Below, piece after piece: positions 12,288 to 25,867 of a stretch of 41,230 bases of DNA. The DNA lies in NCBI GenBank assembly GCA_010093815.1, contig ML996567.1; one strand, given 5' to 3'. Every line of letters begins with the position of its first letter. Positions within the stretch are counted from its first letter, which is position 1. This DNA comes from Pseudovirgaria hyperparasitica. Taxonomy: Eukaryota. The translations under genes and the position numbers were made by a program. The notes beneath the pieces were generated by a model that did not search any database, was not told the DNA's origin, and saw only the letters and a program-made list of their open reading frames with translations.

Positions 12288-12863
12288 CGATGAGACCATA
12301 GTAACCATATCCAGTCAAGAGTCCGATTTAGCGACTATAACACGTGCCTTTAGGGCTTTCGACATTCCTTTGTGTCTTATTTTCGCCTTGTAATGACATG
12401 ATTTGGAACTACAGTGTAACCTATGTACTTCTCCTTGGACTCGGTATAGGTGCACATGTTCTCGATTTGCTGCGTCATTAGTGCTCGCATATATATATAT
12501 AGACGTAACAAGGGGAACTAACATAAGCCTGATTTCGAAGCGCCTAGAGGAAGACTCAATGGATGCTGTTGCTGTATTTCTAATCTAGTACAGTTGTCAC
12601 GGCCATATATATACTTCTTAAATTTATAGAAGACCCCTTGTTACTATAGTCGTATTGAGTGGCTTGATAGTATCACGTCCTGCGATCAACGGAAGCGCTA
12701 CGTCCGTGTGGGCACTGCTGCCTGCCTGTATCCATGCTATCCCGTCGTTGTCCTCCTAGTGTTGACTGAAAGGTGTAGCCCTGTGGTTGGTCTATTTAAG
12801 ACCTTCGTGTGTTTGCATATCTCGCATATTCTTACGCGAAGCAATTGATCAATGCGCCCTCTT

Positions 12864-14068
12864 TTAAATCGCTTCCTCACTGCTCGCCTCATCTGATAAG
12901 CTTTCATCCCCATAAGACTTGTCGGCCTTCTCTATCTTCCTCAGGGTCCTACGTTCCTCCTCTATAACCTTCTCCTCGTCTGACACCGTGAGCTGCTCCT
13001 CCGGCGTTTTTTGACGATACTTCCGCTTGATTCGCGCGGGCTTCACACCCTGTAGTAGCGTCGACTTGTCATTCCACTTTTCTGCTTTGGCCAACAATTT
13101 GCATAGTGTTTCAGGACAAACTATCACAGAGCACTCGGGAAGCCCGTCAGACAGTGCTTGAGTAGCGAAGTTGTTAAGAGGCAGCTCGAGGCCGGCTGAT
13201 GATCGGACAGGGTTGCCTTCGGCGTCTCTGAAAAGCTACCTTATGTCAGTGATGTCACTAATCGTCGAGCAACATACAGACCTCATTGTCAAGCTCCTGA
13301 ATGACTTCCCCTTCAGGCTGTCCATCGTTCCCCGGCGATGTTTTCAATCGCCAGATGGAGATACTGGCTTCCTTCGACTTCTTGTATTCCAAATCAATTC
13401 CAATCATAACTCTGATTCCACCATCCGATGCAAGTATGTAGTTATCAGCCAGGTCAATTAAGCTCTTCCGCTTCTGCGAGTACGAGACTTCAATTACGAC
13501 GCCGGGCCATGCGGCATCCTCATGATGAAACCTTATATCAGGCTCATGTCTGATTTTTTTGCCATCATCTTCGAAGTGTATTGCGCCGCTCACTGAACTG
13601 ATTTTGTCAATGAATGGCCGCGTCTCCACGTGATTCTCTTTTAAATTTTCCAATCCCTTCTTGATGTCCGCAACCAATTCTGACGAAAAGGTGTCGTGCA
13701 ACGTCGTTGGCATCCGGATAACGAGTCTGCTGCCAACAGGATCGTAATCGTATCTAGAAACTGCTATCAGCATGCTACAATAACCTATTAGTTATGTTTA
13801 TTACTGACCTAACTTTGTCATCCACGTATTCGCAGAGTTCCACGTCGTCTTTTAGTCGACGTTGCAGTTCCTCGTACTCCCCACTATCGAGTTTATACAC
13901 TGTCCAGGGTACTGAAGGTGGATAGCCGGTTTGACAGCTCTTGAAGGCGCATAAGATCGCTACGACACGCGCTGAGGATTTGGCGTCGGCAGAAAGGGGT
14001 GGTGTCGGAGGGCCGTCAACGATGCTTGCTGGAGGTGTAGTTTGCTGGGATAGATCTAGCAGCGCCAT
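12864..14068 (-). CDS. Fungal hypothetical protein with PD-(D/E)xK / Uma2-like restriction-endonuclease fold, 3 exons
   Basis: Three ORF pieces joined by GT-AG introns near 13755-13808 and 13238-13279. Motifs 'RLVIRMPTTLHD' and 'HEPDIRF...WPGVVIEVSYSQ'. Confidence 0.6.
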
Positions 14069-14383
14069 GAGCGTTGCGGTGAGGAAGTTAGGGTGGAAAG
14101 ATGTGTTTTGATGATGGAGGGGACTAGAATGTTATCCGTATATCCATAGTTGCATGGGAAAGCTTGGCGCCCGATGTTGCGCCCGGACATGGGTTGCTTA
14201 ACTAATCGATCGATGCGGTGCATCTGTCGCTTTGCTCTTTCAATCTAAAATAGTATATATATAGACATGTGCATGTGCATGTGCATGCCAGCTAAGATAA
14301 GCCTAGGTCCGTCTTCGCGGCTAGGAACTAGCCCTGTTCTACGCATCCTAACGTGACACCTACATGTGCGGGTGTACACCACA

Positions 14384-15896
14384 ATGTCTACTGTTCTCCC
14401 AAAGGATATGCTGGGGTGTAGATCAAGAGTTTTGGTGGTCCCGACGTCCTGCGCTATAAGACTGACTTACCCGTTCCCGTTCCGCGAGCTGGAGAGATTT
14501 TGGTCAGAAACGAATTCATTGGCATTAATTTCGTTGATACGTTCGTGAATTATCCCGCTATTCTCGCCGCTCGCGATCTCTAATGGTCTGACAGATACTG
14601 GCGGGCAGGCATGATGGGGTTTCCCGAGAATGGAATTCTTGGCCGTGAAGCAGAGGGTGTCGTTGTCGCTATTGGGAGGGTTCCTCAAGCGTCCAGCGTA
14701 TTTTAGTGTTCTAAACGTTCGAAACAAAGATTTACTAAGTAATCATGTAGTCATTAGTTTAGCCGAAGTAACCTCCGGTACCCTTCTATCCGCCTCTTAT
14801 TCTTCTCTCTTTCTCTCTTTCTCTCTCCCTCTCTTCCTCCCCCTCTCTCTCTTTATTATATATAACTTTAACTAATTTTGACCTCGTAGGCTTCCAAATA
14901 ACACTTATACACGTGTTTTTGACTGATTTTTACTCTTTTTGACTGATTTTGACCTTGCAGGCTTCAAAATAACACTGATTACACGTGTTTTTGACTGATT
15001 TAAACCTTATAGGCTACGGATGTACACGTGCTTTAAGCTGATTCTATATTACTTAGTAAGACGGCTTAGATATATGGTAGAATAGCCGACCCGTATAGTA
15101 TACATAATACAGCTGGACGCTTGAGTAACCCTCGCTATTGGTCCTGGTAACGCCCACGCTCGAGAACTCGGCCAACGCGTTGTATGGTACGATATGGGTA
15201 GTTATACCTCTATACCTGATTGGAGAGCCTACCCGGTGCCAAGTGGCATCCAGCCTGGTCTGGCCGCCGCAGCTCTTCTACAGGGCCTGACTGCACTCAA
15301 CCTTACCTGCAATGTATATCCAGTGAAGAGCGGTGATTAGATCCTTGTGCGTGCTGCCGCTGGAGGGGTAGGCTTGCTCCTGTGTCAGCTGTGTCATAAA
15401 CTCGGCGCAATCATAATCGGAACTACAAGCACAGCTAAGAAGGTTGATCTTGCCAAAGCAAATAGTGCCGACTATATGGTCAACTATAAGAGGGGGAATG
15501 ATCTTATAACTAAAGTAAAACACATCAAACAACGTAGAGATCGTTGGTCGATCCGGGACCATCGTGACTAATGGAGCAGCTGTAAGTTACGCGTGCGTCA
15601 GGAAAGTGATCTGCCGATGACTAACTTACACGCTCAGTGGTATGCCAACGTATATCTCACCTCAGAGGCTGAGAATGAAAAATATCAATTTCATCGGACC
15701 AGGAGTATCTGCATTGGCCAATTCTGTTGGATCACTCCAACAGTTTAGTAGTTACTGTAACATACTTTATGATCTCGTCGCGAAGGGAGATCTGAAGATC
15801 AGAATTCACGATACATATGCTCTTTCAGACATGAAGGTAGTCTATGAGCGCCTATAAGAGAGGATGACAGCGGGCAAGGTCCTGGTAAAGCCTTAG
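14384..15896 (+). pseudogene. Zeta-crystallin-like NADPH:quinone oxidoreductase pseudogene
   Basis: Motifs FGGPDVL, GINFVD, ILGREAEGVVVAIG, LLQGLTA, AAAGGVG, TAGKVLVKP*. Frameshift near 14415, in-frame stops (SGD*IL, ERL*ER), and a TIR element inserted at 14676-15133. Confidence 0.85.
14676..15133. mobile_element. Non-autonomous TIR DNA transposon (MITE-like), 458 bp, 8-bp TSD
   Basis: 22-bp TIRs gagggttcctcaagcgtccagc (14676-14697) and gctggacgcttgagtaaccctc (15112-15133), one mismatch. TSD gctattgg at 14668-14675 and 15134-15141. Confidence 0.92.
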
Positions 15897-16292
15897 ATAG
15901 GACTATTGACGAATTCCTACACGGCGTTGTGTCTATTTATTGTGTCATTTAAGATACACTGGCCTGGTTGGCGTCAATCGTCATATCATAGCTTTAGTAG
16001 TAGTTAATAGCTACCGAATATCAAAAGCCTAAGTAGAGGATCAGATAATAAAATTCGCATTTAAAGAAGTCGTCAAGTAAGATCGACCTTGAGTACGGTG
16101 TACTCGAGCATGAGCGAAGGAAACTAGCAGAGTAAGAACTTAAGCTACATTGGGATTGAACATAGATATTAGTTATCCAAAGTTTGCGTCAATTTCGATC
16201 GAAAGGAAATCATTTGATAGAAACGAACCCAGGATAAGCATGGCATCCAAACATGCCACTCTCCAAGTGAGCCTTTCTCTATGTCTGAAGCC

Positions 16293-18436
16293 CTATGCTT
16301 TGGAAGGAGTAGCTTTTTTTTTGAGGGTTTTCCATCCCATACCAGCAGCAAAGAAAAAGCAGCCAACGCCCATCCCAGCAGCAAGGTAAAAGACGCGGTC
16401 AATACTTTCAGCATAAGCGGTTAAGACACCCCTTAGCTCAGTCCCTGGGACTATGCTTCTAAACATTGTTGCACCAGCATCTATGACGCTCCATGCATTA
16501 ACTAATGGCGCATATTTTGCAATGAGAGTCTTGAAGCTGTTGCTGTATATGGTTTCAGCAAAACTGAGCATCATGGCTGCACCAAAGGATTGACTGAAAA
16601 TGACAAGCGCCATTGCAATTGGAAGCTGCTGGGGTAGTACAGTACTCTGGACGGCGATAAGAGGCTGCGCGACTATCAGCAATTGAGCTATTCCTATGGA
16701 CTCAAAACAAACCATTTGTAGACCAAGGCCACGACCGACACCATAGATGATTTGATATCCAATCCACTTGCCAGTAGAAGTATCGGGGGAAAAAGTAGCC
16801 ATGAGACCACTTCCAATAGTCAATAAAATAGCCGCAAACATCGCTATCGGGACGTAATAGCCCACAATTTTGACTGCCGGAGTGTTAGCTAGATTTCATG
16901 TGCACGGGGATTGGGGTGGTACCCACCAATAGGACCCGAACAGAGCGCGGCGCAGACGTGGGAGATGATCATGGGTAGAATGTATACACCGCTGAGTAAA
17001 GGCGATACTCCTTTAACACCTTGGAAGTAAACAGGCACCCAATACGAGGCAGTGTACAGATTGCCCATAAACAAACCATACACAAGACAGCTAGTCCAAA
17101 CTGTCTGTTGGCCAGCGATAGAGAATGGGAGCATCGCTGTCATGCCTTTCCGATAGTTCCAGTATAAGAACACGATGAACGTAGCTCCTGCACCACAGAA
17201 AAGGCCAATGACTTGAGAGCTGTTCCAAGACCATGTGGTGCCGCCACCTTGTAGCGCGAGAAGTAGCATGACAAGGGCTGGAGCAAATATGGCGAACCCT
17301 GTGAGATCAAGGACTGTGTGTATTTTTCGAATAGTCGAAAGGGGCGGGGGACGTGGGTGCTGCATTGGTATGCGAACAAAGACTAGCATTGCAGCGACTA
17401 GACCTCCAAGGGGGAGATTAAGGTAAAAACCTATTCAGGTCAGTCGTCTGAGGTCCTTTGCAAGCCGACTGATCTTACACCATCGCCACGTCGAATATTC
17501 CGTTAAAGCTCCCCCGATCAGAGGTCCGAGAGCAAGGCCAAGCTGTGCGACTGCCATAAGTCAGTGAACGAAGGCCTACTTCTGATGAGGTCGACAGACT
17601 CCCCATAACAATGCCAATGATAGCTGTGCTGCTGATCAGTATCATGTCAACAAAAGGTTTTGGGACGTGTGGTGACCTACTAGGCCTCTTTTGCATTGGG
17701 ACACACTCTGCAATGATGAGCATTGTCCCGTTCAGCATGCCAGACGTGCCCACGCCAGCGACAACCCGTCCTCCTATCAGCATACCCGACGTGCTAACGA
17801 CTCCGCATATCAACGATCCAATTTCGAAGATAATGAAGAAAGCCAAGAATGACCACTATGATTGTCGGTGAGTACCTCCAAAGCACAATAGGGGTCAGAC
17901 GAGGGCTATCAGGTACCTTTGGAATGAAATTCATGTATATTTTCCCTGTCAGCGGTTGGAAGACTGCACTACGAAGAGAGGAGATCAATTAGTTGTTTTG
18001 CGGTGTCAATGCCTTTGACTTACCTCCCTAGTTGGTATGCAGCTCCATACCAACCGATGTCTTTGAGAGAATTGAAGTCATCTGTGATGCGTGGTACAGC
18101 CGCAACGACGATGGTCCCATCGAGAAGCATAAGGAAAGATACAATCGTCACAGCGGCCAAAATATTGAGCAGCTGAAAGCCGTACGCCCACTCGGGCTCT
18201 TTTGTAACTGTTATAGAGTCGGACTTCATGGCTACAGTCGAGGATTGTTGCGCGCTCTTGTCTTCGTAGTCTTTGGCGTCTTTCTTCAAAATGGATGAGG
18301 GCGACGGTCGTGCGCTACTGCTATCGAGAGTAGCATCTGCGTTTGGTGAAGAATCTTGCAAGGCCATTCTGTAGACTGATGAGCTGGAGGATAGAGTGGT
18401 GGCTGCGAGAGTCGTTAGCTCCGAGACGCTGGCCAT
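16293..18436 (-). CDS. MFS DHA2 drug/toxin efflux pump (aflT/gliA-like)
   Basis: Multi-exon. Motifs [73 protein letters not shown]. Start codon uncertain (18436 or a downstream ATG). Confidence 0.88.
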
Positions 18437-19723
18437 CTCCACGATTTTTCGTCCGGTTGATCGATAGCCCACGTGCGGCGCTGCACGAAATGAGATTGCG
18501 CCGACCTACCCGTCCTGCCTTCATGTACATGTCGACGCGTGGAAGTACTTCAACATTTCCACAACAAGGTGAGGTGGACGATCCTAGATCTGCATGTTGA
18601 GGGAGGCTGGCCCTATGTTATTTGGGGGCACTGAAACACTCAAGGCAAACACCAAACTCGAATGTTATCTCTAATATAGAAAGTAACATATGGGGTCAGC
18701 TTACCTGCGAACCTATAAGTAAGGGGCAAGAATTGGGCCCATGGGCTCTATCTAGTAAGAATGCAGTCCACGTATGATAACATGAACATTGCAAGAGAAT
18801 GCTAGGACTTAGAGAACGTGGACGCAACACACTGTCCGAACTAGATTAGCAACAGCCCTACTAGAGGAGGAAGCAAGGCATTTACGACGAGGACTTCTTA
18901 AAACAAATCCTTAGGTTATGGCTACATGAATAACTAATCGAACCTAAGCCAGAGGATCAACGTACTACCAGGTCCCTATACTCTTACCCTACTCTTATCT
19001 TAATCTCTTTGATCCGTTCAGGCGTCGCTAAACTTTACTCCAAAGCACATCTATAGCAGAGAGCCGCGAGCAAAGTACACAAGTACGTAGTCAAGAGACT
19101 CCCCATCGTTTCGTTGAGACTGGCCTGCCAATATATTAGTTGTGGCTTATGTGTATCTCACGAACGGCGCCATTCGTGCAGGGCACTCAGCCAACCTTAT
19201 ATATCCCTAATCCCTACTTCCTGTTCCTTCTCATACCCTCTTCCCCTCCTCTCTTCTCTCTCCTATCTTTTCTCTCCTGTCTCTTCTCTCGTCTCTCTTC
19301 TCTCCTCTCTTTACTCTCCTCTCTTACCCCTTTTCCCTGTTCTACCTTCTGTAAAGCTACTAAACTCGTAAACGTAGTCTAGCCCTAGACCAGTATAACA
19401 GGATAGTAATGATATTAAGGAACTAGACTCTTATAAGGTTAAGCTATATCGTAACGTTAATAGTAATATATACCTTAGGACTAACACATGCATACTTGGC
19501 ACTACTAAGAAGCCAGTGAGCTAATGCAGAACACTCTTACTAGTAACGATGCTATTCGATTTATTAAAATAGAGCTTAGTGTACATCATCTATCTAGTGG
19601 TCGTCCCACAGCACACAATCCTACCTAGCTGTACCCACCGGACCCACCAAGCGCATCATTAGAATACCCTCCATAGGTCTTCGGATCGACAAAGTACTTA
19701 ACTTCCAACGGCCGTTTCGCCCC

Positions 19724-20340
19724 CTAAAAGCCCACCTCCCACGCCCTAATAAAGGTTAGCTCCTGGACGTCGTCGACACTGGCATACATCTTGCCTTCCA
19801 ATCGCTGCAACATAGTACACCTCTTATCTATCGTCCATGCCAAAGCCGCCACGCCATAATGCTCCGGCATGAGCTTGTCGTTGCCCCTCCGCCCTAAAAT
19901 CAGCTTCTCGCACGCGAGCATGCACAATGGCTCTACACTGTGCGATGGCCACGCAACACGCACTCATCCCGGTTCTCGGCGCGACGGCGCCAGGCTCTCG
20001 TATGCATCCAGTTCGTCCATGGTAGCTTCGTCCGCATTCTCGAGCCTTACGACGAACGCGCGGCGCGCGTCACTGTACCAACACTTCGCGCCCAGCTGTA
20101 GTAGAGCCGGAGAGCGGCAGATCGAGCGGGTCCAGATGTAGAAAGCCCAGGTCCGCCGGGCTGGCATGCTCGAGGACGATGATACCGCCTCGCGAAAGCC
20201 AGCCCTGGAGTGTGGCGGTCTCTTGGATGAGGATGGTGCGGCGGGAAATGCGAAGATTATAAGCGCGATGTTTGCCTTGGGCAGAGTTTCCAAGTGGTGT
20301 GTTCTGATGATACAGTCACCGTTCATAAGTTCCCGAGGAT
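19724..20340 (-). pseudogene. Decayed fungal hypothetical gene
   Basis: GC-rich coding-like segment: 'GGIIVLEHASPADLGFLHLDPLD', frameshift, 'LLQLGAKCWYSD', stop at a probable Trp codon, 'VAWPS...LAWTIDKRC...KMYASVDD'. Its 5' side abuts the AT-rich block. Confidence 0.4.
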
Positions 20341-20762
20341 GCGCCGGAACATGCATTTCACACATCACGCGTCTTATTTTATAAATAGTTCTATAATAGC
20401 TCTAGCTTCTATAAGCTCTAATATTTTTTATAAGAAGTATCTTAATATATCTACTTATTCTATTATTCTAGGGATCTATTATAGTAGTACTAGTATTATA
20501 GAAATTAAGGACTTTATAGATATACTCTATACTATAATTAGAGATACTATTAAGAAGTTAACTATACGCTCTAATATAACTAAATTAATATCTAGAAGTA
20601 GTTATTCTAGGGTATTTATATCTAGAGATAAAAGATAATTACTCTTATTTATATATCTAACTCTCTAATATATATATAATAAGCTTAGAAGTCTTACTAG
20701 ACTAGATATAAGTAATTCTATAATTAAGTAGATATTTTTAGAGAATAGAATTACTAACTAGT

Positions 20763-20890
20763 TATTAGAACTTAGCTTTAGATAAAGACTAGACTTATAT
20801 ATACCTTAGCTAATAGTTAGTTAGAAGGTAGTATAATAGATAGTAAATAGTTATATACTAGATAGATTAACGCTTCTTTATATATATACT
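20763..20890 (+). repeat. LTR-A fragment (5' part)
   Basis: tattagaacttag...taccttagctaa...ttagaaggtagtataatagatagtaaat...ctttatatatatact matches 21515-21640. Confidence 0.75.
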
Positions 20891-21514
20891 ATAGAAGACT
20901 ATATCTATAGCTCTATATATATATGTCTCTAGCTTAATTATATAGTATATTTATATACTTAAGAAGAATATTTCTCTACTTATTTTAATATACATGTACC
21001 CTCTATTACTAATATTTAACTATTTAGCTTTACTTTATATTTATAGACTTCTATAGGTATTAATTAATAGATATAGTTATTAAAGAATTAATTATAAGTA
21101 TTATATAGATCTATTCTATTATATAAGAGAACTAATAAGTAGTTATAAGATTAAAGAGTACTTATAGTATATAGAAGAGATAGATATAACTTTATTATAT
21201 CTATCTTATTAAAGAGTAAACCTCTTTCTTTAAAGGAATACACCTAAGAATAGCTTACTATAATTTTAGAGATTATATCTAGACCTTAAACTTATAGAGA
21301 GAGATTAGAACTATTAAACTAATATAGAGGAGATATATTAAGTAACTACTAAGATAATCTAGATCTACTAGACTAAAGCTATAAGTCTAGAAGCTAAAAA
21401 GTCTAGAATTACTAGAGGCTAGCCTCTTAGAAATCGCTACTAAGAGTATATATATACTAGCCTATATAATAATATAACTTAAAAGAACTTTAAAGAAATA
21501 GAATATAAAAGAGA

Positions 21515-21688
21515 TATTAGAACTTAGTCTTAGATATAACTATATCTATATATACCTTAGCTAACTTAGTTAGAAGGTAGTATAATAGATAGTAAATGGT
21601 TATATACTAAATAGATTAGCGTCCCTTTATATATATACTCTTAGATTTCTACTAAAAGAGTTTAGTAGTAATTTTATAAGAATAGAGT
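21515..21688 (+). repeat. LTR-A copy, 3'-truncated
   Basis: Reverse complement aligns by eye with 24750-24925; preceded by a purine-rich run. Confidence 0.75.
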
Positions 21689-21818
21689 AATTAGATAGTA
21701 GTATAGTTAGATAGAATAATAGAGTATATTCTATTGTAGAATAAATTACTACTAAACCCTTTTAGTAGAAATCTAAGAGTATATATATAAAGAGATACTA
21801 ATCTATTTAGTATATAAC
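21689..21818 (-). repeat. LTR-A fragment, inverted, interrupted by LTR-B
   Basis: Direct match to about 24713-24843 (gtagtatagttagatagaataatag...gagtatatatataaagaga). Confidence 0.8.
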
Positions 21819-22347
21819 TATAATAAATTACTAGTTAAAGACATAGAAGAATACGTAGACTCTAGTATAAGTAGTATAAGAAATAGTATAATACGTAGAA
21901 GGGGAGCCTACGATACAATAGATAGCCTTAGATAGTAATCTAAGGCTAAGATAGATACCTATAGGAAGAGCTAATTATAGGTACTTAGAATAGGTATTCT
22001 AAGTAGTCTACTAAGTAATTAGAAATAGAATATCGATATTCTAAGTAGTATACTAAATACTTAGAATAGGCATTCTAATTAGAGGACTTTAGTAGAACTA
22101 TATAGACTCTTTAAACCTAACCTCTAGAGATAGTTCTATAGTAATTAATTTAAATTTATACTAATACAATTACTACTTTACTCGTCTACTAGCTAGTTAC
22201 TATTTATACTCTATTAATACTTACTATAAACCTACTTATACTCCTCCAAGCCTTCTAAGTACCTTTATCTTTAGAAAAGCTAGAATATACTATATAATAG
22301 ACTACTTTAGAGATAAGCTGTATCCTTATTAGGGAAGGTTTATTATA
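21819..22347 (+). repeat. Putative 5' LTR (LTR-B) of a Ty3/gypsy element
   Basis: Bounded by inverted termini tataataaa...tttattata (RIP form of TG...CA). Internal short repeats near 21982-22077. Lies directly upstream of gag. Confidence 0.55.
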
Positions 22348-22499
22348 GTTTAATTACTTCTACTTAGACTCTAAAGTAAGTATTTATACTATCTATTTAA
22401 ATAAAAAATAGTAAACGATAGATAGTTCTTATCTTTATAAACCGTTCTATAAGCTCCGACTATAGAATAAGTTAGAAACCTTATTATAGAACTAGAGAA

Positions 22500-24711
22500 G
22501 TAAGTTACGGAGCTCTAGAGAGAAAATATTAAACTTAGAAAAGCTAAAGAGGGCTTTAAAAGAAAAATCCTAGAATCTTTTAAAGGTAAGCGAAGCGAAC
22601 TCTAAGGATTTCTAATATAGATTAGAATATATCTATAGACCTATTAAATTTAGAATCTAGAAGAATAAGTTATATTTACTACTAGACTACTAAAGGAAGA
22701 CGCACTCGCTTAGTTTAAACTCTACTTAAGAGACTTTATAGAAAATAATCCGTAGAATTAATAAGATAATACTACTAGAATCTTTAAACGTTTTAAAGAA
22801 TTCGAGAAATATATTAAAATAACCTTTAGAGATATAGATAAATAAAGGATAGCTAAGAGATAAATCTAGTAAATAGTCTAGATAAAATCTACGTCTAACT
22901 ACGTCTCTAAATTCTAATAAATCTCTAGTTAGTTAGGATAGAATAATAAACCCCTAATTCTCTAGTTCTATATAGAATTATATAACAATGTTAAGGATGA
23001 AATCTCTAGAGAGAGAGACCGTCCTACCAACCTCTAAGAATATATTAAGCTAGTAGTTTAGATTAATAACTAACTATATAAGAGACGCTATAAGAAAAGA
23101 GGAAAAAAGATTTTTTAATCTATACTTAAATAAGATACTTAGAAGGGTTACGTTAATAAAGTCCTAAACTATCTATATAAGAGATTCTATAATAGATCTA
23201 TACTAATAGAACTTAGTATCTTATAGATAAAACGCCTATCTAATAAAGAAAGGGAATAACTAAAGAAGAAAGGTAAGTATCTTTACTATAAAGAAAAGGG
23301 ATACTACGCCCACGAATGCCCGAAAAATAAAAATAAGAAAAATTAGATTAAGGACCTAGTATTAAGATAAGGAAACTTTACTATAGAAAAGAAAGAAGTA
23401 CCTTATATAGCTATATTATAGACTAGTTATACTAACGATCTCTACTTCATATATAAGTTAGAGAAAGATAGTATAGATTAGTATCTAAAGAAAAGAAACG
23501 TTTTAATAGCTAGTAAATAACCTCTATCGCTTTATAAAAAAATAGAACTATAGAAATACTTAGATATAATAAGAAGATCTAAACTAACTAAAGAAAGGAT
23601 ATCTAAAGAAGTAATAATTAAAGGAAGTACTACTAAGGAAGATAGTAAGGAAGAAACCCTTACTATAGAAGAACTATATAATAAGTTAATAATAGACTAA
23701 GACTCTATTACTTACTATATTATCTATTATTATAGAAAGTATATAAGTAAGAATAATAGAGATCTATCTAGAAGAGATATAGAAATCTAACTAGAAGACA
23801 ACCTACTTATTTCACCCTACTATAAGGAATATAGTAAGACTTTCTAGATTACTTATCTCTATAATAACTATTCTTACTACCTCTATAAGAAATGAACTTA
23901 GAAATAGTTTCTATAATAGTATTAAAATTAAGTAATTCTAAAAGTCTTTAAGGATAAAGATATATAATAGTATAAAATAATTACTAAGGAAGCTAATAAA
24001 AACTACTTTATATTAAAGTAGATAGAAAATAAAATTTATCTAGAGAACTAATATATCTAATACCCGGACGTTATATACTAAACTTATCTAATATCTAAGA
24101 CTATTATATAGTATAACCTTTAAGTAGACTTAGGTAAAATTAAGAAATAAGTTTAATCTATAATCTAACTTATATAGAAAATAGAACGGGAACTTAGTAA
24201 GCTATGAAAAAACTAGAAAGACTAGATATACTAAGAGAAACGGCCGAGCTTAAAAGAAAATCTCTTATATCTATTAGTAACTTAGATAATAAAATATAAA
24301 TATCTCTTAAAATTTAGCTCTATTAAAAATACTCTATTAAAGTACTAATTAATAGCGGAGTATAGTCTAATTTTATCTCTCTAACTATAGTAGATAAACT
24401 AAAAATACCCTATAATAGTAAAGAAGAACTATATAAACTATCTACATTCAAAGGACTCAATATAGAATATACTAATAGAATAGTATACTTAGAAATAGAA
24501 CCTCTAGATTTAGTCTTAATAGTAGAATACTAATAATTATAACTAGATATAGCGGAGCTAGAATAATATAACTTAATTCTAGAAATACCATAGCTCGAAG
24601 AAGTTAACTCTATAATTAACTAGAAAACTAAGGAAATTATACCCTAGAAAACGTTAAGACCCTTAGAAACTATTAAGGAAGAGATAGAGATTAATAATAT
24701 AAGAATAGGGT
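22500..24711 (+). pseudogene. Ty3/gypsy gag and aspartic protease relic, truncated before RT
   Basis: 'ESFKGKRSEL*GFL', 'LLKEDALA*F', zinc-knuckle relic 'YLYYKEKGYYAHECP' (about 23278-23322), protease relic 'VLINSGV*SNFIS' (about 24342-24380), 'LILEIP*LEEVNSIIN*K'. Confidence 0.85.
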
Positions 24712-24925
24712 TATTAGATCGTAGTATAGTTAGATAGAATAATAGGGTGTATTCTATTATAGAACGAATTACTACCGAACCCTTTTGGTAGAAATCCGAG
24801 AGTATATATATAAAGAGACGCCGATCTATCTAGCACGTAACTATTTACCGCCCTTTACGTTACCTTCTAACTCTATTAGCTAAGGTATATATAGATTAGG
24901 TTCTACCTAAGGCTAAGTCCTAATA
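24712..24925 (-). repeat. Complete LTR-A (about 214 bp), probable 3' LTR of a minus-strand element
   Basis: Termini tattag...ctaata (RIP form of TGTTAG...CTAACA). Adjacent 24926-24944 reads on the minus strand as a polypurine tract (gagggaagggataat). No TSD. Confidence 0.75.
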
Positions 24926-25867
24926 ATTATCCCTTCCCTCTAGGAAGCTACCCTTAGTAACCTAGATTATTATCTATCTCTATATCCCTATCCTAAGTCT
25001 TATAAGACCTTAGTCGTTCTCTACGCTTCGTCTTAGATATTTACTAATATTTACTAATCTAAGATTTATATAAGCGTTTTCCTAATAAACTAGATTTTAT
25101 CTATCCTAACTTCTTATATAGGTAAGATTACCTAATTAGACCTAGCATATCACGTAATATAATTAGATAAGCCCGGGTACTACCTATATTAAAATCTTTT
25201 CTTAGAAATATTCCTTTCTTTAAAAAACTTCTTAACTCTTTATAGAGTTTTTTAGATTATTAGGTATATTACCCGATCCTTATAGATATAGATTTATATA
25301 GATTTACTATAATTTAGTACGATTTATATAATTTACTAATTTTTATACCGTCCTTAGCTAGTAATAATATAATTTATAATAATCTATATAAATTAGTAAT
25401 AATTATAATATAGTTTCCTAAAATCTTAATACTAACAATTAGGAGCCGTTCTTTCGATATACGAAAGAACGTTACACGGGCCCAGGCGGTAACCATGCAC
25501 GACTCTTGGTAGAAAAACTAGGTAGTCGAAAGACACCGTAAGGCAGAGTCGAAAGGCAGCCCTTCCCACGCCTACATCCGAATAATTTTTACATATTAAG
25601 AAATCGCATGGTCGAAAGTTATGTCTGGCTAACTTATAATTATTATTTTCACGGAGGGGGTGGCGAAGAATATGCATGAAAACTACGCATTTTTCGCGAT
25701 TTTCACTTTGATTTTCCCAACCGTGCGCGATCGGTACCTAGGTATACTACACGCCGACCTACGCATACGTCTAAGGACCTTAGTAATCCTCATAGAATCG
25801 CGTACTCTAAGACACCTCTGGGATCGCCGATTCTAATCCATTCTACTACTCACGAACTTTATAAGCT

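Larger units (their letters stand above)
20375..25430. mobile_element. Heavily RIP-mutated nest of LTR retrotransposon fragments
   Basis: Abrupt switch to very AT/TpA-rich sequence depleted of CpA/TpG. Contains four copies or fragments of one LTR, a second LTR, and gag/protease relics. Confidence 0.88.

Noticed and set aside
19200..19350. CT-rich tract and overlapping ORFs 19114-19382 (also the CT run near 11130-11175)
   Set aside because: Low-complexity sequence with no TIR, TSD or protein motif found.
20890..21514. Possible copia RNase H relic ('YYIRELISS')
   Set aside because: Too degraded by RIP to assign by eye.
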